From Octopus vulgaris (taxonomy: Eukaryota), in contig OX597817.1 of the NCBI GenBank assembly GCA_951406725.2, forward strand, positions 110,546,001 through 110,610,000: DNA of 64,000 nt, in the 5' to 3' direction. The stretch's first letter is position 1; each line of letters opens with the position of its first letter. The notes beneath the pieces are model-generated. The model made no database searches. It was not told the DNA's origin and was given only the letters and a program-made list of their open reading frames with translations. Below are positions 23,266 through 37,802 of the stretch, in pieces. Position numbers and translations under genes: made by a program.

Positions 23266-26089
23266 TTCAATTAATGACAACTGAGCTGAACGTTGTATAT
23301 TAGTTTTGAAATATATGGTACATATTTTATAAATTGGTGCTGAAATTAACCTTATTTTGATATTTAATGTATAACTACTTTGCTGGAAAATAGAATTGTA
23401 TACAGAATATCTTTCTCAAAGATGCTGTCTACTTAAAACAAAATAGTTAAATTAGAGTTAATATATTTAATACTAGGAGGATTAGAAAGCTAACTCAAAA
23501 TCAATGTGTGATGAAGTAAAAAAAAAAAAAGAAAGAAATAATGATTAGTCATTCTCAGAGTTATTTTAATTACTTTGGCAAATACAAACAACAACTCTAG
23601 AAATGTTTTAGTTTTCTTATGACTATCAGTAAAGCATAGGCTTCACTGTACTTAATGAAGTGGTGATAAGAGACCAGGCAAATATACAAGAAAACTCATT
23701 GGTTAGCATAGTACAATTTTTTAAAGACTAAATTATTCAAAGAAGCCACCCACATGGAAAACAATAGTTGTTCCCTATACTTGCTAAAATAATTAAAATA
23801 ATATAAATGTATAATAGTGTCTATTTTCTCCTCTTCATTTAATTATTTCTAGTTAGGTTTTTAATTTATTATTTCCTGCATTAAATATGTTAACATTAAC
23901 TATTGTTGCTCATGCAGTTATTGCAAACTACTCTATTTTCTCCAAACACCAGTGTAGATTTTTCTCTATTGATTCTCTCATCACTATTTTGGTAACTATG
24001 ACAAATTTATGCTTCATTAATGAGGTCATAATAAGGCAGAAACATGTCCAGATCTATCTCTTATACTTAATTATTTGTCAATGAATAATATTATTTTTGT
24101 TTTTCTTACTACATCAGCATTTCTAGCTAGTGTTTTGATGCTTTCTGCTTTAAATACATTAACACTAACTTAACCACAGCTTTAAACATCACATTATTTA
24201 AGCAGAAGAGAAACATTAATATCTATTTCAAATTAAAAATTTTTTTATAATAGATTTGTAAGAAAGATTACTATTCTCTCTCCACATTACAAATTTTCAC
24301 TTTAGCTGACTATATTTTACAAACATTCTCAACTTCAATCCTACCCTACTCCTCTGTATCCCCTTTCTCTTGCACTTCATCTTTGGTAAAACTGATGACA
24401 GCACATATATAGTATGTTTTTTTGCTTTTTACATTTGAATTAAAGTTCAGTAATTCTTTAAAAGATACTGTTACACTTCAGAGCCAGCAATCTGCTGTTG
24501 TAGATAACAACCTTTCTAAATATATTTTTACTTAATATCTACTTAGTACTACAAGCTATTTTACTGCAGATAAGTTTTTGCTGCAAGTCTAGAAAGTCTG
24601 TCTGGAAGATGTTAATGAGGTTGTTGATGACATAGCAAGCTTTGTTGGTGGTAATTTGCATTCACATAATTTTTCTTACATTTTAAGATAATCAATTAGT
24701 GACATTAAGAAGTTTAAAAATATGTAAAATGACAGAGGTTTATAAAGCATTTAGATTAATGTCCCTAAAGGGACATTTGAAAGGAAGTTGAAAACAATTT
24801 AAGTAATTACTGTTGAAGAACAGATATTTATTTTTGATTTGGAATTTAGGAAACACTTTGAGTTAGTACTGAGGTAAGCATGTTGGAATACAAATTCAGA
24901 GTTTTCAATTTTTTTATCAGCTGACTTTCTTCAATTACCACTACATTCTATCAAATTTATTCTTTTAACTACTTTTAAATAAATATTATGCACTTGTTTT
25001 GGGCAAGACACTAAACTGCATCTAGTCGTGAGGATCCAGCTTGGGAGTTTAGAAGTTTGGAGGAGAAACAAGTTAACCTTTAGTCTTCACTTCTTCCAGT
25101 TCTGCTCTTCCTGGAGTGATAGTAGCATTTATCAAGGACCCACTTGTTGGTTAAGTAACAGATAAGGCCCCTGTGCAACCAAGACTTGGAGGATACCAAG
25201 ACATATATCACACAGGTTCACAGATGCATCCCTAATGTGTCAATATATCCTCATTTTGTATGAACCAGTTCCCTTACCTAATATTACAGATATTTAGAGT
25301 CAACTGATATAAACTGCTAAATTGATAACATTTTTGGTGGAGCAGTTGAGTGGTAGAAAGCTTTCAGCTTTATTTTAAACTCAAACTGCTTCAGAGTGTT
25401 GATAATGCATCAAAGATATCTTAATCACATGAAAGACACTCTGAAGCTAATTGTATTGAAATTTAAGAATTAAAATCTGTGACTAAATTACTACATAAGC
25501 TCTGGAGTGCTTCAGTGGGGTTCACTCTATCACAAACATTGAGACTAGATCTGAGACTAACTTAATATCTTGATGTGCTGCTTTCTATTGCGTTTTATTT
25601 AATGTTGAAAGGACACTGGTGTATAAATTGAAATAGATAGTCAGGAATTGAACTCAGCTGTAAATATGGTTCACCATGAATTTAACATCTAAACTACAGC
25701 ATTTACAGTGGCAAAGAAATCAATATAGTTAAGATTACATGAGTGACTGATTAATTTTTAAATTTGTCAACTCAAAGCTCATTATTAAGATGTTCACAAG
25801 AAGCTTCATATATCCTGCAATACATATGCTTTTCTCTGATATAACTTTCAACTAGATTAAAGAAACCTCTCTGGCAAAGAAGAGCAATATTCTTGTCAAG
25901 AGTCTGTACTTAGAGAATCCAGTTGTGAAGATTGGATTAAAAGTAATCTTTGGCAACAACATTTGAGATGCTGAATATCTGACTCTGCTCGCTCTCTCTC
26001 TCTCCTACATAATAATTCAGTAACAGAACAAATGTTTTTATCATAGCTACATTTATTTTACATTCTGAGAGACTTTAATAACACACATG

Positions 26090-26121
<32 letters not shown>

Positions 26122-26569
26122 CTTCACAATGTTGTTTAGCTCTAGGATGATTTTGACTTACGATTCAAGGCCTTCCAGTTATGTCTATACTGTCGTTTTT
26201 TTTGTTAGAAAGTGCATCCAGAACTCCATTATCTAAAGTATTCCTCTTTTGTGATGGTTGGGTGTAATTTGAGGGGAATTTAGCTGCCATATTTAGCAGA
26301 TGGCATGTCATCTCAATAGAAGATCATATTATGAAACTGTGTCTCTTGTAAAAACACCAACCTAACTTTAATAGACCAGTGTACTTAATTTTAGAGAAGC
26401 ACTTTAGGAGTTGTAAATAACAAGATCAGTATATAAAAGATGAGTGTCTTGTAAGCTTGCTGTACTTTGTTGAAATCCATCTTTTGCCCTGAAGAAACAA
26501 ATAGGAAACCATTTTGTTGTTTACACCATTGGATTACTATATGAAGATATGTTTTCAGTCATGCAGTCA

Positions 26570-26930
26570 TATCTCAGTTGAGGTGTATAAGAGTGTGCAT
26601 GGATTATAGAGCACAAAGGAGATGAGAAAAAAACTTAGTATAAAGAGAATCTGATTTTTTGTGCAAGAGAGGAGACTGAGCTCATATAGTCTTGTGATGT
26701 ATGTGAAGGATGACACATGTATAAAGAAGTATCATAGGATCCAAGTGAAAGGAACCTGTGGAAAGAGCAGATTGAGGAAGACACAGGAAGAAGTGGTGAA
26801 ATCTGATGCCAGGAAGCTGAACCTCATAAAGGAGATGACAAAAGACTACAAGTAGTGAGATACTGTACAGGGGAAGACATATTCAACTCATGCAAGCACA
26901 GCTAAATAAATGTAAAATGATGATGATGGT
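26570..26930 (+). mobile_element. Old RTE LINE 3' end
   Basis: ORF 26661..26855 (QERRLSSYSLV...IKKYHRIQVKGTCGKSRLRKT) parallels the RTE C-terminus QERRLCWYGHV...VEGTRGRGRPRKTW. A (GAT)n tail follows. Confidence 0.75.
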
Positions 26931-28529
26931 GGTGGTGGTGGTGGTGTGTGTGTGTGTATGTGTGTATGAAGTAAATTTTATCTTGGGTGACAATTGTTGT
27001 TTTATTGATTTAATTGATATTATTAGTGCCTGTGTATTTTGCACATGTGAGAAAGGCCTGTATAAGCAATTTATAAGCAGCTTTACTGCAAAGTAAGATT
27101 CTCATGCTTGACAAATGCTGCTTGAAATTCTAAACTTCAAAATTCTTTGTAGTTTGACCTGCATGATAGAGATAGTAAGGGCATAAACTTGAAGTTTTAG
27201 CATATATGAAGTATAATTATTGCAGTTTTATCTTCTGTTATAATTTCATTCATGTTTAGAATGTGTAATAAAAAATCCTAATTGAAGTTGGCTGTTACTT
27301 TATTCATTGATTAGAAAAAGTATGAAAGGCAAAGTTGACCTTAGTATGATTTGTACTCAGAATGTAAAGGACCATAACTAAATACTACAAGGCTTTTTTC
27401 TCTCTGACTTCTTAAAAAAATCTGCCATTTTCCACTAGGATTGATTTGACCTTTAATCCATCTGAGTTTGTTAAAATAGGCATCAATAATGAATTAAGAT
27501 TGATTATATTGAGTATAACTTCTCCCTTGAGTAAATGCTATGCGTTATCATCATCATAGTCATTGCCACCATTATTTTATTATGGTCAATAGATATGTAC
27601 TTGCTGTCTTCTACTGAGGCAAAAGTGATCATTTATTCTGAACATGAAGTTAGTTATTTCTGTGTTAATTATGTTGAAAAGATATTAAGATATTAAACAT
27701 TGTTTCAGATTGTCATATAATCATGTGTCATTGATCAATTCTATCATCTACAGGCAAATTTTTAGAAAGAGAAAGAGAAATATTTTATTTCACAATCAAA
27801 GATATTACAATTCTACTTTACTTATTTGTTTTAGAACTGAGAGGCAAGGCCCGTAAAATCAGATTTAGAAAAATGTATTAAATTTACGATTTTTTTTTAT
27901 GAATATTGATGAAATATTTTTGTGAATTGGTTAGTTGTTTTTGACTGAAAATTTTTCTTTGGTAATTTGATGCTAGTTTATAATGGTACCATTTAGATGG
28001 TTTGGTGCCAAGTTACTTTGTTGCTTACTTTGTTACATCACCTTTTAAATAATCTGTATGAATGACATCCTGATGGTTGACAGAACATTGTTTTGTTTTG
28101 AGGTTTCCCTTTCTCGTTATAATTTTACAAGTATACAGCATACCTTCTCTTTTTCTGTAGAACATTGTTCAACTCATATAACTGGTTTCTTAACATTTCA
28201 ATCAATAGGGTAGCTTTCATTGACTAATTTCCTACAAGAATTTGATCCTTGATGAAGTGTGGTTCTCAGATGGTCTTATCGATTTAAAAATAAATAATGT
28301 TTTTGAATTGAGAACCAATAATTGTAAGATAAACTTTGGAACAAAATTTTATTGTGATTTTATTGATCACTGAAATAGACTGTTTTATTGTTACAAGAAT
28401 GATCTTATAATAATTGGTTCCTGATTCAAAAGATTGTATATTTTGGAATTGTGTACAATTGATCAGGAAAGGGAAAAAAATTAAAAGCAATAATTGACAA
28501 TTATACACAAACACTCTACCAAGTTTAAG

Positions 28530-28890
28530 TACTGCTGACATTGGAGTACTTCTCACATATGAAAGTAATACTTCTGCATCCATGCAGAAACATCCTCTAG
28601 ATTGCATACAAAAGAAGGTAGTTAAACTGATTGACAATAATTCACTCACCAATACAGTATAATCACTAGCAGATGTGTCTTTTTCTCTCTTTGCATCTTC
28701 TGTTGCTACCATACTGCCTATGTTTTTCTGATCTAGTTAACTCCTTACTTTCCATTCCTTAACTCATCTCCTTTCTATCACTGAGTTCTAGACTACACTA
28801 AATACTTCCCTCTCTATCCACTGATCTACAAATGTCTAGGAAAGCCTACAAATATTTTATGCACTGCTTCTTCTCTACAAACTTTAAATA
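28530..28890 (+). mobile_element. Old CR1/Jockey-group LINE C-terminal fragment
   Basis: Pieces LEYFSHI and LDCIQKKVVKLIDNNSLTN resemble the conserved MEYCSHIW..LDRIQKRA block. Confidence 0.55.
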
Positions 28891-30449
28891 AAAACAGTCC
28901 AAGTTATTAAAATTAATGAAAATAATAATGTTCTTAAACTTAGATGTTTTCCAGAAAATTCCTGTTATAAAAGGAAGAGGATACAAAATCTATTAATCAT
29001 GCCAAATTTGAAAAGGCTTTTTAAATCTTTTAGCATCTCCCTAAGATTTGATCTCATAGGAAGTTTGTTCATATATACTGAGTCATATATTCATTTAATC
29101 ATGGTTAGATTTGAAGAAATAACTTGCAGTGAAAAGTCATATTTAAACAGAAATAGTGCCAAGATTTTATATTAAGGTATTTCAATTGCATTTGTACTAT
29201 TTCCATAGTGTGTGTTAATGTGTTTTTATTATACTAAATTTGCTGGAATTACTATTCCCCATCACATCTGTATACTTTTATCAGCACTTTAAATTCACTT
29301 TTCACTCAACATACTATTAATTGCTCTTTGAAAATTTGACTCCATCTGAGTGTTTTCTACTTTTGATTTCTTAATATTACTTTTTTTTTTTTTGAAGAAA
29401 TACGATCTTAGTAGTAAATGGACAAAATTCAGTTAAGTATCCCTTTCATTTTCATTTTAGCATTTTAATTTGCTTGGAAATCTTGGAACAACATTGGAAG
29501 GGAAAATTCTTTCCTTTATCTAAAATCTATTGCAATATTTTTACTTTTACTCTTTTTTTACTATATGTATATATATCAAACAAGCTTCTCTTCAAAAGTG
29601 CTCTTTATTGCTTTCTTCTGACAGGATCCTAATTTACTGTTATAGAATAGATATAATTTTCTTGTTGGAAACAAAAACACTAAAGTATCACAAGATGTTT
29701 CACATTTCAGCTAGTTGTTTTATCTTCAATTACATTTGGTTTCAATCAGTTGTTATGTTCTCAATTATGTAAAACAAAATTAAGACCTCTTAACATATTC
29801 ATTCTTTCTTTCTTCTGATTTAATTACCTGCTTTTTGACCTTATGTCTGGATTGGGGAAATATGAAAGAAAAATAAAAGGATAGCATGAATAACAAGAGA
29901 AGAAATAAAGTAATCTAATGAAAGACCAAAAAAAATGGTATGAGAGAGAAATGAGTTTTCTTTTTATTTTACAATCATAATTGTTTGAGTTAGTGATTTC
30001 ATAAAATATTCTGCTATATTTAAACCCCATTTTGCATGTTTATGTGAAATAACAATACCTTTTCAATGCCAAATCAAACCATAAAGAAAAATATATAAGC
30101 ACACCAATATATAACATTATTTATTATTAAGCTACTACTGTCATCAACACCACCACCATCCTTGAAGCCAGTTCACCATTTTCACCATAGTATTTTTCTC
30201 AATTGTAACTTCTGAACTTTGACTATAATATCCCAAGAAAGAAAGTAAAACATGAAACAAATACTTTTAAATTAATGAATATTGTGTAGCATTTCAAAAG
30301 CAATTGTTTTATCTGATTCTCTTAAATACATTTCTGGAAAAGAGAAAAATACTACCTTTTATTATGAAGTCTGGACTAGATTAAGGATTCTTGATAGAGA
30401 TTATTAGAGAATACTATATTCTGGTACTCATGATTTAATATGTATCATC

Positions 30450-32670
30450 TCCATAACCCTGGCTGACTCTTTTGGTTTAAGGGGAGAGTTGGGGAGTTGG
30501 TAAGCATTGATGCACCAGATTTGTGGAAGACTTTTAAAGAAGGGGTACTAAAGGCATGTGACAAAGTGTATGGAAGGATGAAAGGTAGGAGAGATTGAGG
30601 AGATACATGGTGGTGGAATGAGGAGGTGAGGGATGCGATAGCGAGGAAGAAGGAGGCACACAAAGCTTTATGTCATAATAGGACTGAGCAAAAGAAATCC
30701 AGGTATGATAACATGAAGAATAATGCAAAGAGGGTGATTGCGAGATCTATGAGGAAGGAGGCTGAGGAGAGGTTGAGCGGGCTGGATGAGAACCCAGATA
30801 GAGTGTTTAGGTTTATTAAATCAATGAAAAAATGGCAGAGATGTTGAGGGTGGAACATGCATGATGGAAGGTTGAATTTTAGTGAGAAGGAGAAGGGAAG
30901 AGTTTGGAATTATGAATGAGGAGAATGAATGGGATCAGAGGGTGGAAGTTGTGAAGGGGCCAGTAGAGAGGATTAGTCAGGAAGAAGTAGTGGAGGCAAT
31001 GAAGGAAATGAAAAGAGGAAAGGCATCTGGTCCATCAGAAGTAAGTGTGGAAATGATAACTGCAAGTGGAGAGATAGGGATTGTTGTGATGATGGAACTC
31101 TATCAGGGTGTGCTGGATGGAAGAGGAATGCCAGATGATTAGGCACTAAGTATGATGGTACCAATCTTCAAGGGGAAGGGGAATGCGATGAGTTCTGGGG
31201 TGTATAGGGGAGTGAAGTTATTGGAGCATGCAATGAAGATAGTGGAAAGGGTTTTGGAGAGGAGAATTCAGAAAGGGGTGGATGTGGATGAGATGCAATT
31301 TTTTTTATGCCAGGAAAGGGGACAATAGATGCAGTGTTCATTGTAAGGAGATTGCCAGAGAAATACAAAGATAAGAAGGAATTGTGCATATGCTTCGTTG
31401 ATCTGGAGAAGGCATTTGATAGGGTTCCAAGGAAGGTGATTGAGTGGGCATTGAGGAAGAGAGGTGTACTAGAGGTAATAGTGAAGGCAGTGATAAGTTT
31501 ATATGAGGGGGTAAAGACAAGAGTTAGAATTGGATCAGAGTTGTCAGAGGAGTTTTCAGTGAAAGTTGGTGTGCATCAGGGAGCTGTGTTGTTACCGTTG
31601 TTGTTTGCAATAGTGGTTGATGTGGTGATGGAGAGTGCAAGAGAAGGATTGATAATGGAGATACTGTATGTGGATGACCTTGTTCTGATGAGTGAGATGC
31701 TGGAGGGATTGAGGGAGAAGTTTTGGAAATGGAAGGAGGTATTTGAAAGCAAGGGTTAGAAGGTAAACCTCAGGCAGACAAAGGTGATGGTGAGCGGGGT
31801 GGAAGGAGAAGTATTAGTGAGTTAGATGGATCCGTGAGGTGTATGTTGGAGGAGGGTAATGGCAAATGCAGTGTTGTGTACGAGATGTGAGAAATGGATT
31901 CATGATAGATGTACAAAAATGAAGAAGGTGACCCCAAGACTGGCAAGAGAGTTTGTTTGTGGAAGATGTGAGAAAGGAGCTGGAGGGCTGGCAGAACCAG
32001 TGGAACGTTATGTGATGAGGAGGAAATGGTGAGAGGATTTTGTTATGTAGGAGATAGGATGGATGTAAATGGTGGATGTGAAGCAGCTGTGACAGCAAGA
32101 GCAAGACTTGGCTGGGTGAAGTTCAGGGAATGTGGAGTGTTGTTATATGGGAAAAGGTTCTAATTGAAGATGAAAGGAAAGGTCTATAGGAGTTGTGTGA
32201 GAGCTACGATGCTATATAGACATGAGACATGGTGCCTTGAGGGAGAGAGATGGCAATTTTGAGAAGGACCGTGAGAGCAATGGTGAGAGAAATGTGAGGA
32301 GTGAAGCTGTTGGATAAGAGGAGGTCTGAGGACTTGATGGTGATGCGGGGGTTGGAAGAATTGGTGGAACAGCTGGCAAGGGTGAATGGAGTGCAGTGGT
32401 ATGGGCATGTGTTGAGGAGGGATGGGGAGTACGTTTTGAAGAGGGTACTTGAGTTTGAAATAAATGGACCACAAAAGTGAGGTAGATCCAGGAAAATGTT
32501 GAGGGGACAGGAATGAGGAGATTGGGAGGGTTGGCTTGAGAAGGGAGGATGCGCAAAACAGGGCAAGATGGTGTGAGGGCAGTTGCTATGGCATTGAGGT
32601 AGATCCAGCCACCCCTGTTAATAGGGACAAAACCTAGATTTAAAACACTAGATGATGATGATGATGATGA
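30450..32670 (+). mobile_element. RTE LINE (second family), 5'-truncated and decayed, covering most of the RT
   Basis: Motifs TWWWNEEV, KASGPSEV, FVDLEKAFDRVPR, GVHQGAVLLPLLF, ILYVDDLVL, FCYVGD and WYGHVLRR are present, followed by a (GAT)n tail. Frameshifts and stops. Confidence 0.93.
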
Positions 32671-32844
32671 TAATCATGAAATACTTGGTGAATAAAGGGG
32701 TAAAGCACTAGAAGTTGATCAAGGCTACTACTTTTGAAATATTTGAACCACTTTATTGCTTGTGTACTTTAACTAATAAACATTTTAAATTTGTACTTGT
32801 TGCCTGAGATGTAAATTATTTCATATCTTGAGAAAGGAATTTCA

Positions 32845-33070
32845 GTAGTTGACAGAACTACCAAGAGTGGTAAATTGGAAGAATCATTAGAGTTTTAGAA
32901 AAACGCCTTCTAGTATTTATTTCAGCTCTTTACCTGCTGAGTTCAAATCTTGCTTTGGTTAATCTTCCTATTCATCTTTCCAAAGTTGATAAAACAAAAT
33001 ATCGGTTACATACTAGGGTCAGTATAATTGTATTTCCCTGCTGACCAACTTCTGTATTACAAGTAATTAT
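32845..33070 (+). mobile_element. Meta-domain SINE (OK-like), diverged
   Basis: CTGAGTTCAAATCTTGC..CTATTCATCTTTCCAAAGTTGATAAAAC resembles the copy at 57421-57637. Confidence 0.6.
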
Positions 33071-33134
33071 AGTATCATCAAGAACTTAGTCCAACTCAGA
33101 GTGAGGAATATCTTTTTACTGTAGCAACATCAAC

Positions 33135-33840
33135 ACCGTCGTCATTTAATGTTTCCTTTCCATGCTGGCATAGGTTGGATGGTTTGACAGGAAAATGGCA
33201 AGTTGCAGGGCTGTGGTGAGTTCCAGTGTCATCTTTGGTATGGTTTCTATGGCTGGATGACCCTCCTTGCATCAACCACTTGACAGGTTGCACTGGAGGC
33301 ATTTTTCATGTCATTGCACAACTGAGGTTGCCATGTGACTTGCAAATTAGAAAAGAACAGGAAAAAAAGCTCTCATTATTAAGAGGGAGTATTCAGGAGA
33401 GGAAGGTGGAGGTGAGCGGTTTTAGGCTAGGTGTTGAATAACTAAAGTATGATAGAGGGACAAGCGCAGGCATTTTGCTACAGAGGAGCTTCATGGCTAA
33501 AGGAGATAAAAAGAAGGGAGTGAATGGGTGCTGGAGCAAACCCTCAAAGAATAAAAAGATGAGCATAAGAGAGGATGTAGTCAGTAGGTCATGGGAAGAT
33601 ATGAAAGAGTAGATTCTTTCATAAGATGAGGGGGAAGTAAACAGATGGAGGTAGAGGTTCATGTTGTGAATGATGAACTAGGGTTGGGGTGCAGATGATG
33701 GGAAATACCAATATTTGGATGGGTAAGGTGGAAGAAGTAGTATTTTCACAGGAAGGAGAATAGAACAGAAAATAGTGGAGTGATGTGCAAGGTGTAGGAG
33801 CAGGGGAGAGGGAGATATAGAGACACATAAGAGGCTTCAG
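33135..33840 (-). mobile_element. Non-autonomous element with a pyrimidine-rich body and an RTE-type tail
   Basis: RTE tail at 33135-33330, followed on the plus strand by a GA-rich body. Shares blocks (TTTTGCT..AGAGGAG) with 63240-64000. Confidence 0.55.
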
Positions 33841-34996
33841 AAGTCAATTCTTATTGGAAACTGCTGCCTCTATTGACTGGTGCTTGTATATTCCATTTTG
33901 GCTTGGTTTCTATGACTAGCTGCCATTTCTATCATCGATGACTTCACAAGGTGTACTGGGTACATTTTCATGTCACCAACTTTTGAAGAGGTTGTTAAGT
34001 CTTCAATGAGACTGGATTAAATGAACCTCTCAATCTTACTTTTTCTCTGCTCACTTGCGGACCACTCTAGAGAGTGTGCCAGTTTGGTAGGGGTGGGGTT
34101 GGATGACCTTTTGTCATGGTAGATGATGTGATGACGAGAGTGTGATGACTGAAGAAAAGCCAGAATGTGTTGGTGAAAGGCACACAACTATGATGCTAAG
34201 GTGCAGTATAGTTGACTGGTTCAAAAGTTCACTTCACAATCATGAGGTTCTGACTTTGATCTAACTGCATGGTATTTTTGGTAAGTGTCAACTTCTATTG
34301 CCTTGTGAGTGAAACTGATAGATGGAAACTGTGCAGAAGCCTGTTGGCTGGATTATATCTCTAATTCATTAGGTCCAAACTTTACACACTGTCATACTGA
34401 TCCTGTCTAAAGCCCTTTCTCTTTTTCAAATAAAAGGGTCTCTTGTGCAATATACCTTTGTCAGTGCAAAGCCAGTGGATGATTTGCTGACAAAAGAAAT
34501 TACCACTGCTTGTAGCTCAACAATTTTTGGAAAAGACCAAATGTAAACACACACTCACATACACGTACATGTGAACCATACGACAATCTTCTTTAAGTTT
34601 CTGTCTACCAACATCTACTCACAAGGTTTAGTTGGCCAAGGGCTATTGTAGAAGATACTTTCAGTGGAACTAAAACTGAAACCACATGGCTGGGAAGCAA
34701 ATTATAATTTAATTAATTGAGAACATAGAGTTCCAAAAAGAAATGGAATAAGTGAACTATCAGATGACTTGTTGAATGCATTATTTGTTTCCAATACCAA
34801 ATGTTTTGTTATTGTTCTTTATGTCTTTATGTTTTAGGAGAATTATTCCAATTGAATCATCAGAAATCTAGCTTACTGGGTGTTATCTTTATCTTGCAGA
34901 GATTTATTTTTATACATTTTTGTCAAGATAAGAAAAAAATTTATTAATGTTCCCTTTCTTAAGATTCATTTTTGTATGTATATATATATGTGTATG

Positions 34997-35051
<55 letters not shown>

Positions 35052-35645
35052 ACACATATATAAAGCTTGGCAGTAAATAATTTAAAAAGTTGAACTGTAT
35101 AGATTATTTATTTGTTACTTGACTTTAATCAGTTCTTTGGTTTCACATTAATCTTTTAACTTTCAGAAGTGGGAAAGGAGGAGTGGTGTTAAAAAATATT
35201 TTTTCATTTGAGAAACAAAGATTTGCATAAAATTGGGAAAAGGTAAAGACTAGCAAAAGTTGATTTTTGTATGTATGTTTGTACATCTCCACATACATAC
35301 ATGCATGCATGCATACATACATTCATTCATTCATTCATTCTTTACTAGCAGAAACATACTTGGGAAAGTAGAAATGTCCTAGTTTTTCCAGATTGAAATA
35401 GAGTTTTGATTTACTTTATTTTTATTGCATTGAAGAAAGTGATATATTGTGTTACTTGTATATTAATTTATCATTCTTTAAAGGAAAATAAAGTGACTTT
35501 CCTATTTGCACTTGTTGAAAATAATGCAGAAAAATTTATCTTAAAGTTTCTATTAGGCTCAGAATATATAATTTGCTATGATTTTGTGTGTGTGTGTTTA
35601 TATATATAACTCTGAGCACCTTTTGTGTGTGTCTGTTTATATATA

Positions 35646-36015
35646 TAACTCTGAGCACCTTTTCAAACTCCACCCATCTAACACCCGTGGACATATTTAC
35701 AAAGTAAGAAAACAGCACAGCTCCCATGACTTCAGGAAACATTTTTTCACGCTGAGAGTTGCTGAAGCATGGAACAAACTGCCGGCATCGGTTGTTAGTT
35801 GTTGGAGCACTGCATCCTTCAAAACTTCCATTCTTCCTGAGATTCGCCAACACTACACTTGATTTTCTCCCTCCATACACACACAAGCATGTATCTGACT
35901 CATACATTGTTCGCTTTCCAGACATTTCTACATTACTGCATGTACTTTATATGCACTTTCTGACAAGTTGTGGTGCACCTGAGCACTGTATACAATAATT
36001 TCATTATTATTATTA
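35646..36015 (+). mobile_element. CR1-clade LINE 3' end
   Basis: NSEHLFKLHPSNTRGHIYKV...HFFTLRVAEAWNKLPASVV, near-identical to ~6440-6802, with an (ATT)n tail. Confidence 0.9.
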
Positions 36016-36975
36016 TATACACACACACATACATTTTTTTGTGATTAACATTTTAGCTTTTGAAGCTGTTGAATTTGTTCCAATTTTTAAAATTTACTTT
36101 GTAAATCATTTAACATGAACTAGAGTCATTCTGTTTATTTAGTGCATTTGTCTCATAATATTTAATGAAATAGTTTTCTAAATTATCCAACAGCGTTTCT
36201 ACTTTGTTGCTATATCACCATCTCTACTTAATTGTTCTGTTTGTCTTTTGTATTTGAAAGTTCATTCTGCTTAAGTAATCTTATCCAATACATATAATAA
36301 AATGCAATGTGTATCACATTGCTCATACTGGCAGAGGGAAAACTAAAACAATAAACAGAATAGGAGTGAGTGCCCACAAGAAATTATCAATGCAGCAAAC
36401 TGTAATGAGAGGTTTTACTCCAAAGTTGTGCAAATTTTTATTGTAAATAATATTTACTTTAATAATTTCACACACACGCACATGACTGGATTTAAACCAT
36501 GGTGGTGGTAGGGGACACTTCAAGTTTGGTGGGCCCCTTATACACAAGAATTAAAATCTTAAAAAATTACCAAATTTCAATCTCAAAACCCAATATTTTT
36601 CATGTAACTAAATTTGATGAATTAGCAGAGAAAATTAAAATAAATGAATAAAAATGTCTGTCTGTCTGTTTCCCTAAAACTTGAGAACTACACAACCAAT
36701 TTCATTCAAATTTTACATATGCCTTACTTAAGGTCCAGGGAGTGTCATTGGCAAAAAAAATCTTAACTTTTTCAAATTCCGTCTTTCACACATTCACCTG
36801 CAATGTTTGACTTTTCTTTCATTGTGAAAAGGAGAGAAAAGTGGGGTAAGATTTTTTTCTTCTTTTAATGTGAGTTACATATGTTTCAGAATTTAGAATA
36901 AGATAAAATGACAGAAAATTACAAAAATGAAAAAATCATTTTTGTATTTGTTGCTATTCCAAAGGCATGATGACT

Positions 36976-36977
<2 letters not shown>

Positions 36978-37050
<73 letters not shown>
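36978..37050. repeat. (TG)n microsatellite
   Basis: Long pure TG run. Confidence 0.95.
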
Positions 37051-37052
<2 letters not shown>

Positions 37053-37707
37053 TTTGTGTGTGTATGTTTGTATGTGAAAGTGAGCAGGGTAGAAACAAAA
37101 AATGGGAAATTCAAACAGCTTTCTGAAAGTCTGCTTGTGGGGTACCATGAGTAATACTTACTGCATTTTTGACTTTGAAGTAAATATATTTATTGCAAAT
37201 GTTCACTACCTTGCAAAAACTATATCAACGAAGTAAAGATCTTCTCTACATGCAGAAAAAACCTATAACATATTCAGAACACTTTCAGAAAATTATCACT
37301 GTTCTCTTTAAGCATATAAAAGACAAATTTAGGCAGGGCAATATGGGTAAACAAGACAAGCTAAATATGCCCTTCCATTTCTCCATAATTAAATTTGAAC
37401 AAAAGAGTCATACACATAAACATCCATCTTTAGACATCAGAAATGCAACAAAATTTAAAATATCTAAGTCAAATGAAAGAGGATTATGGAAAAATAGCGT
37501 ATAATATGAAATTAATGAAACTCACTAAATCTAAAAATTCAACAAAGTATTCTTTATAGCTTCTTCATGACAGCTTCTTCACCAAAATTTATCTAGATAT
37601 TTCGTTAGCTACCTCAATTACAATCAAGTCAAATTTGAGGAAATATTTTTTGAAAATAGTATCTGTCACTTATGTTTCAAACTCTCAACTTCAACAGCTA
37701 TGTAAAC

Positions 37708-37802
37708 TATACTGACCAATTTTTACTTCCAACTACATAACTTATACTGACCAGTTTTTATTCCCAACTACATAATTTATACTGCTCAAATTTTACTCCC
37801 AA
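37708..37802. repeat. 35-bp minisatellite, ~2.7 copies
   Basis: TATACTGACCAATTTTTACTTCCAACTACATAACT-like units start at 37708, 37743 and 37778. Confidence 0.8.

Noticed and set aside
24570-24655. Possible host exon after TACTGCAG with a GTAATT donor
   Set aside because: All three frames contain stops, and there is no other support.
34838-34882. Possible micro-exon after TTTTAG
   Set aside because: Weak donor and no recognisable peptide; cannot be supported without RNA data.
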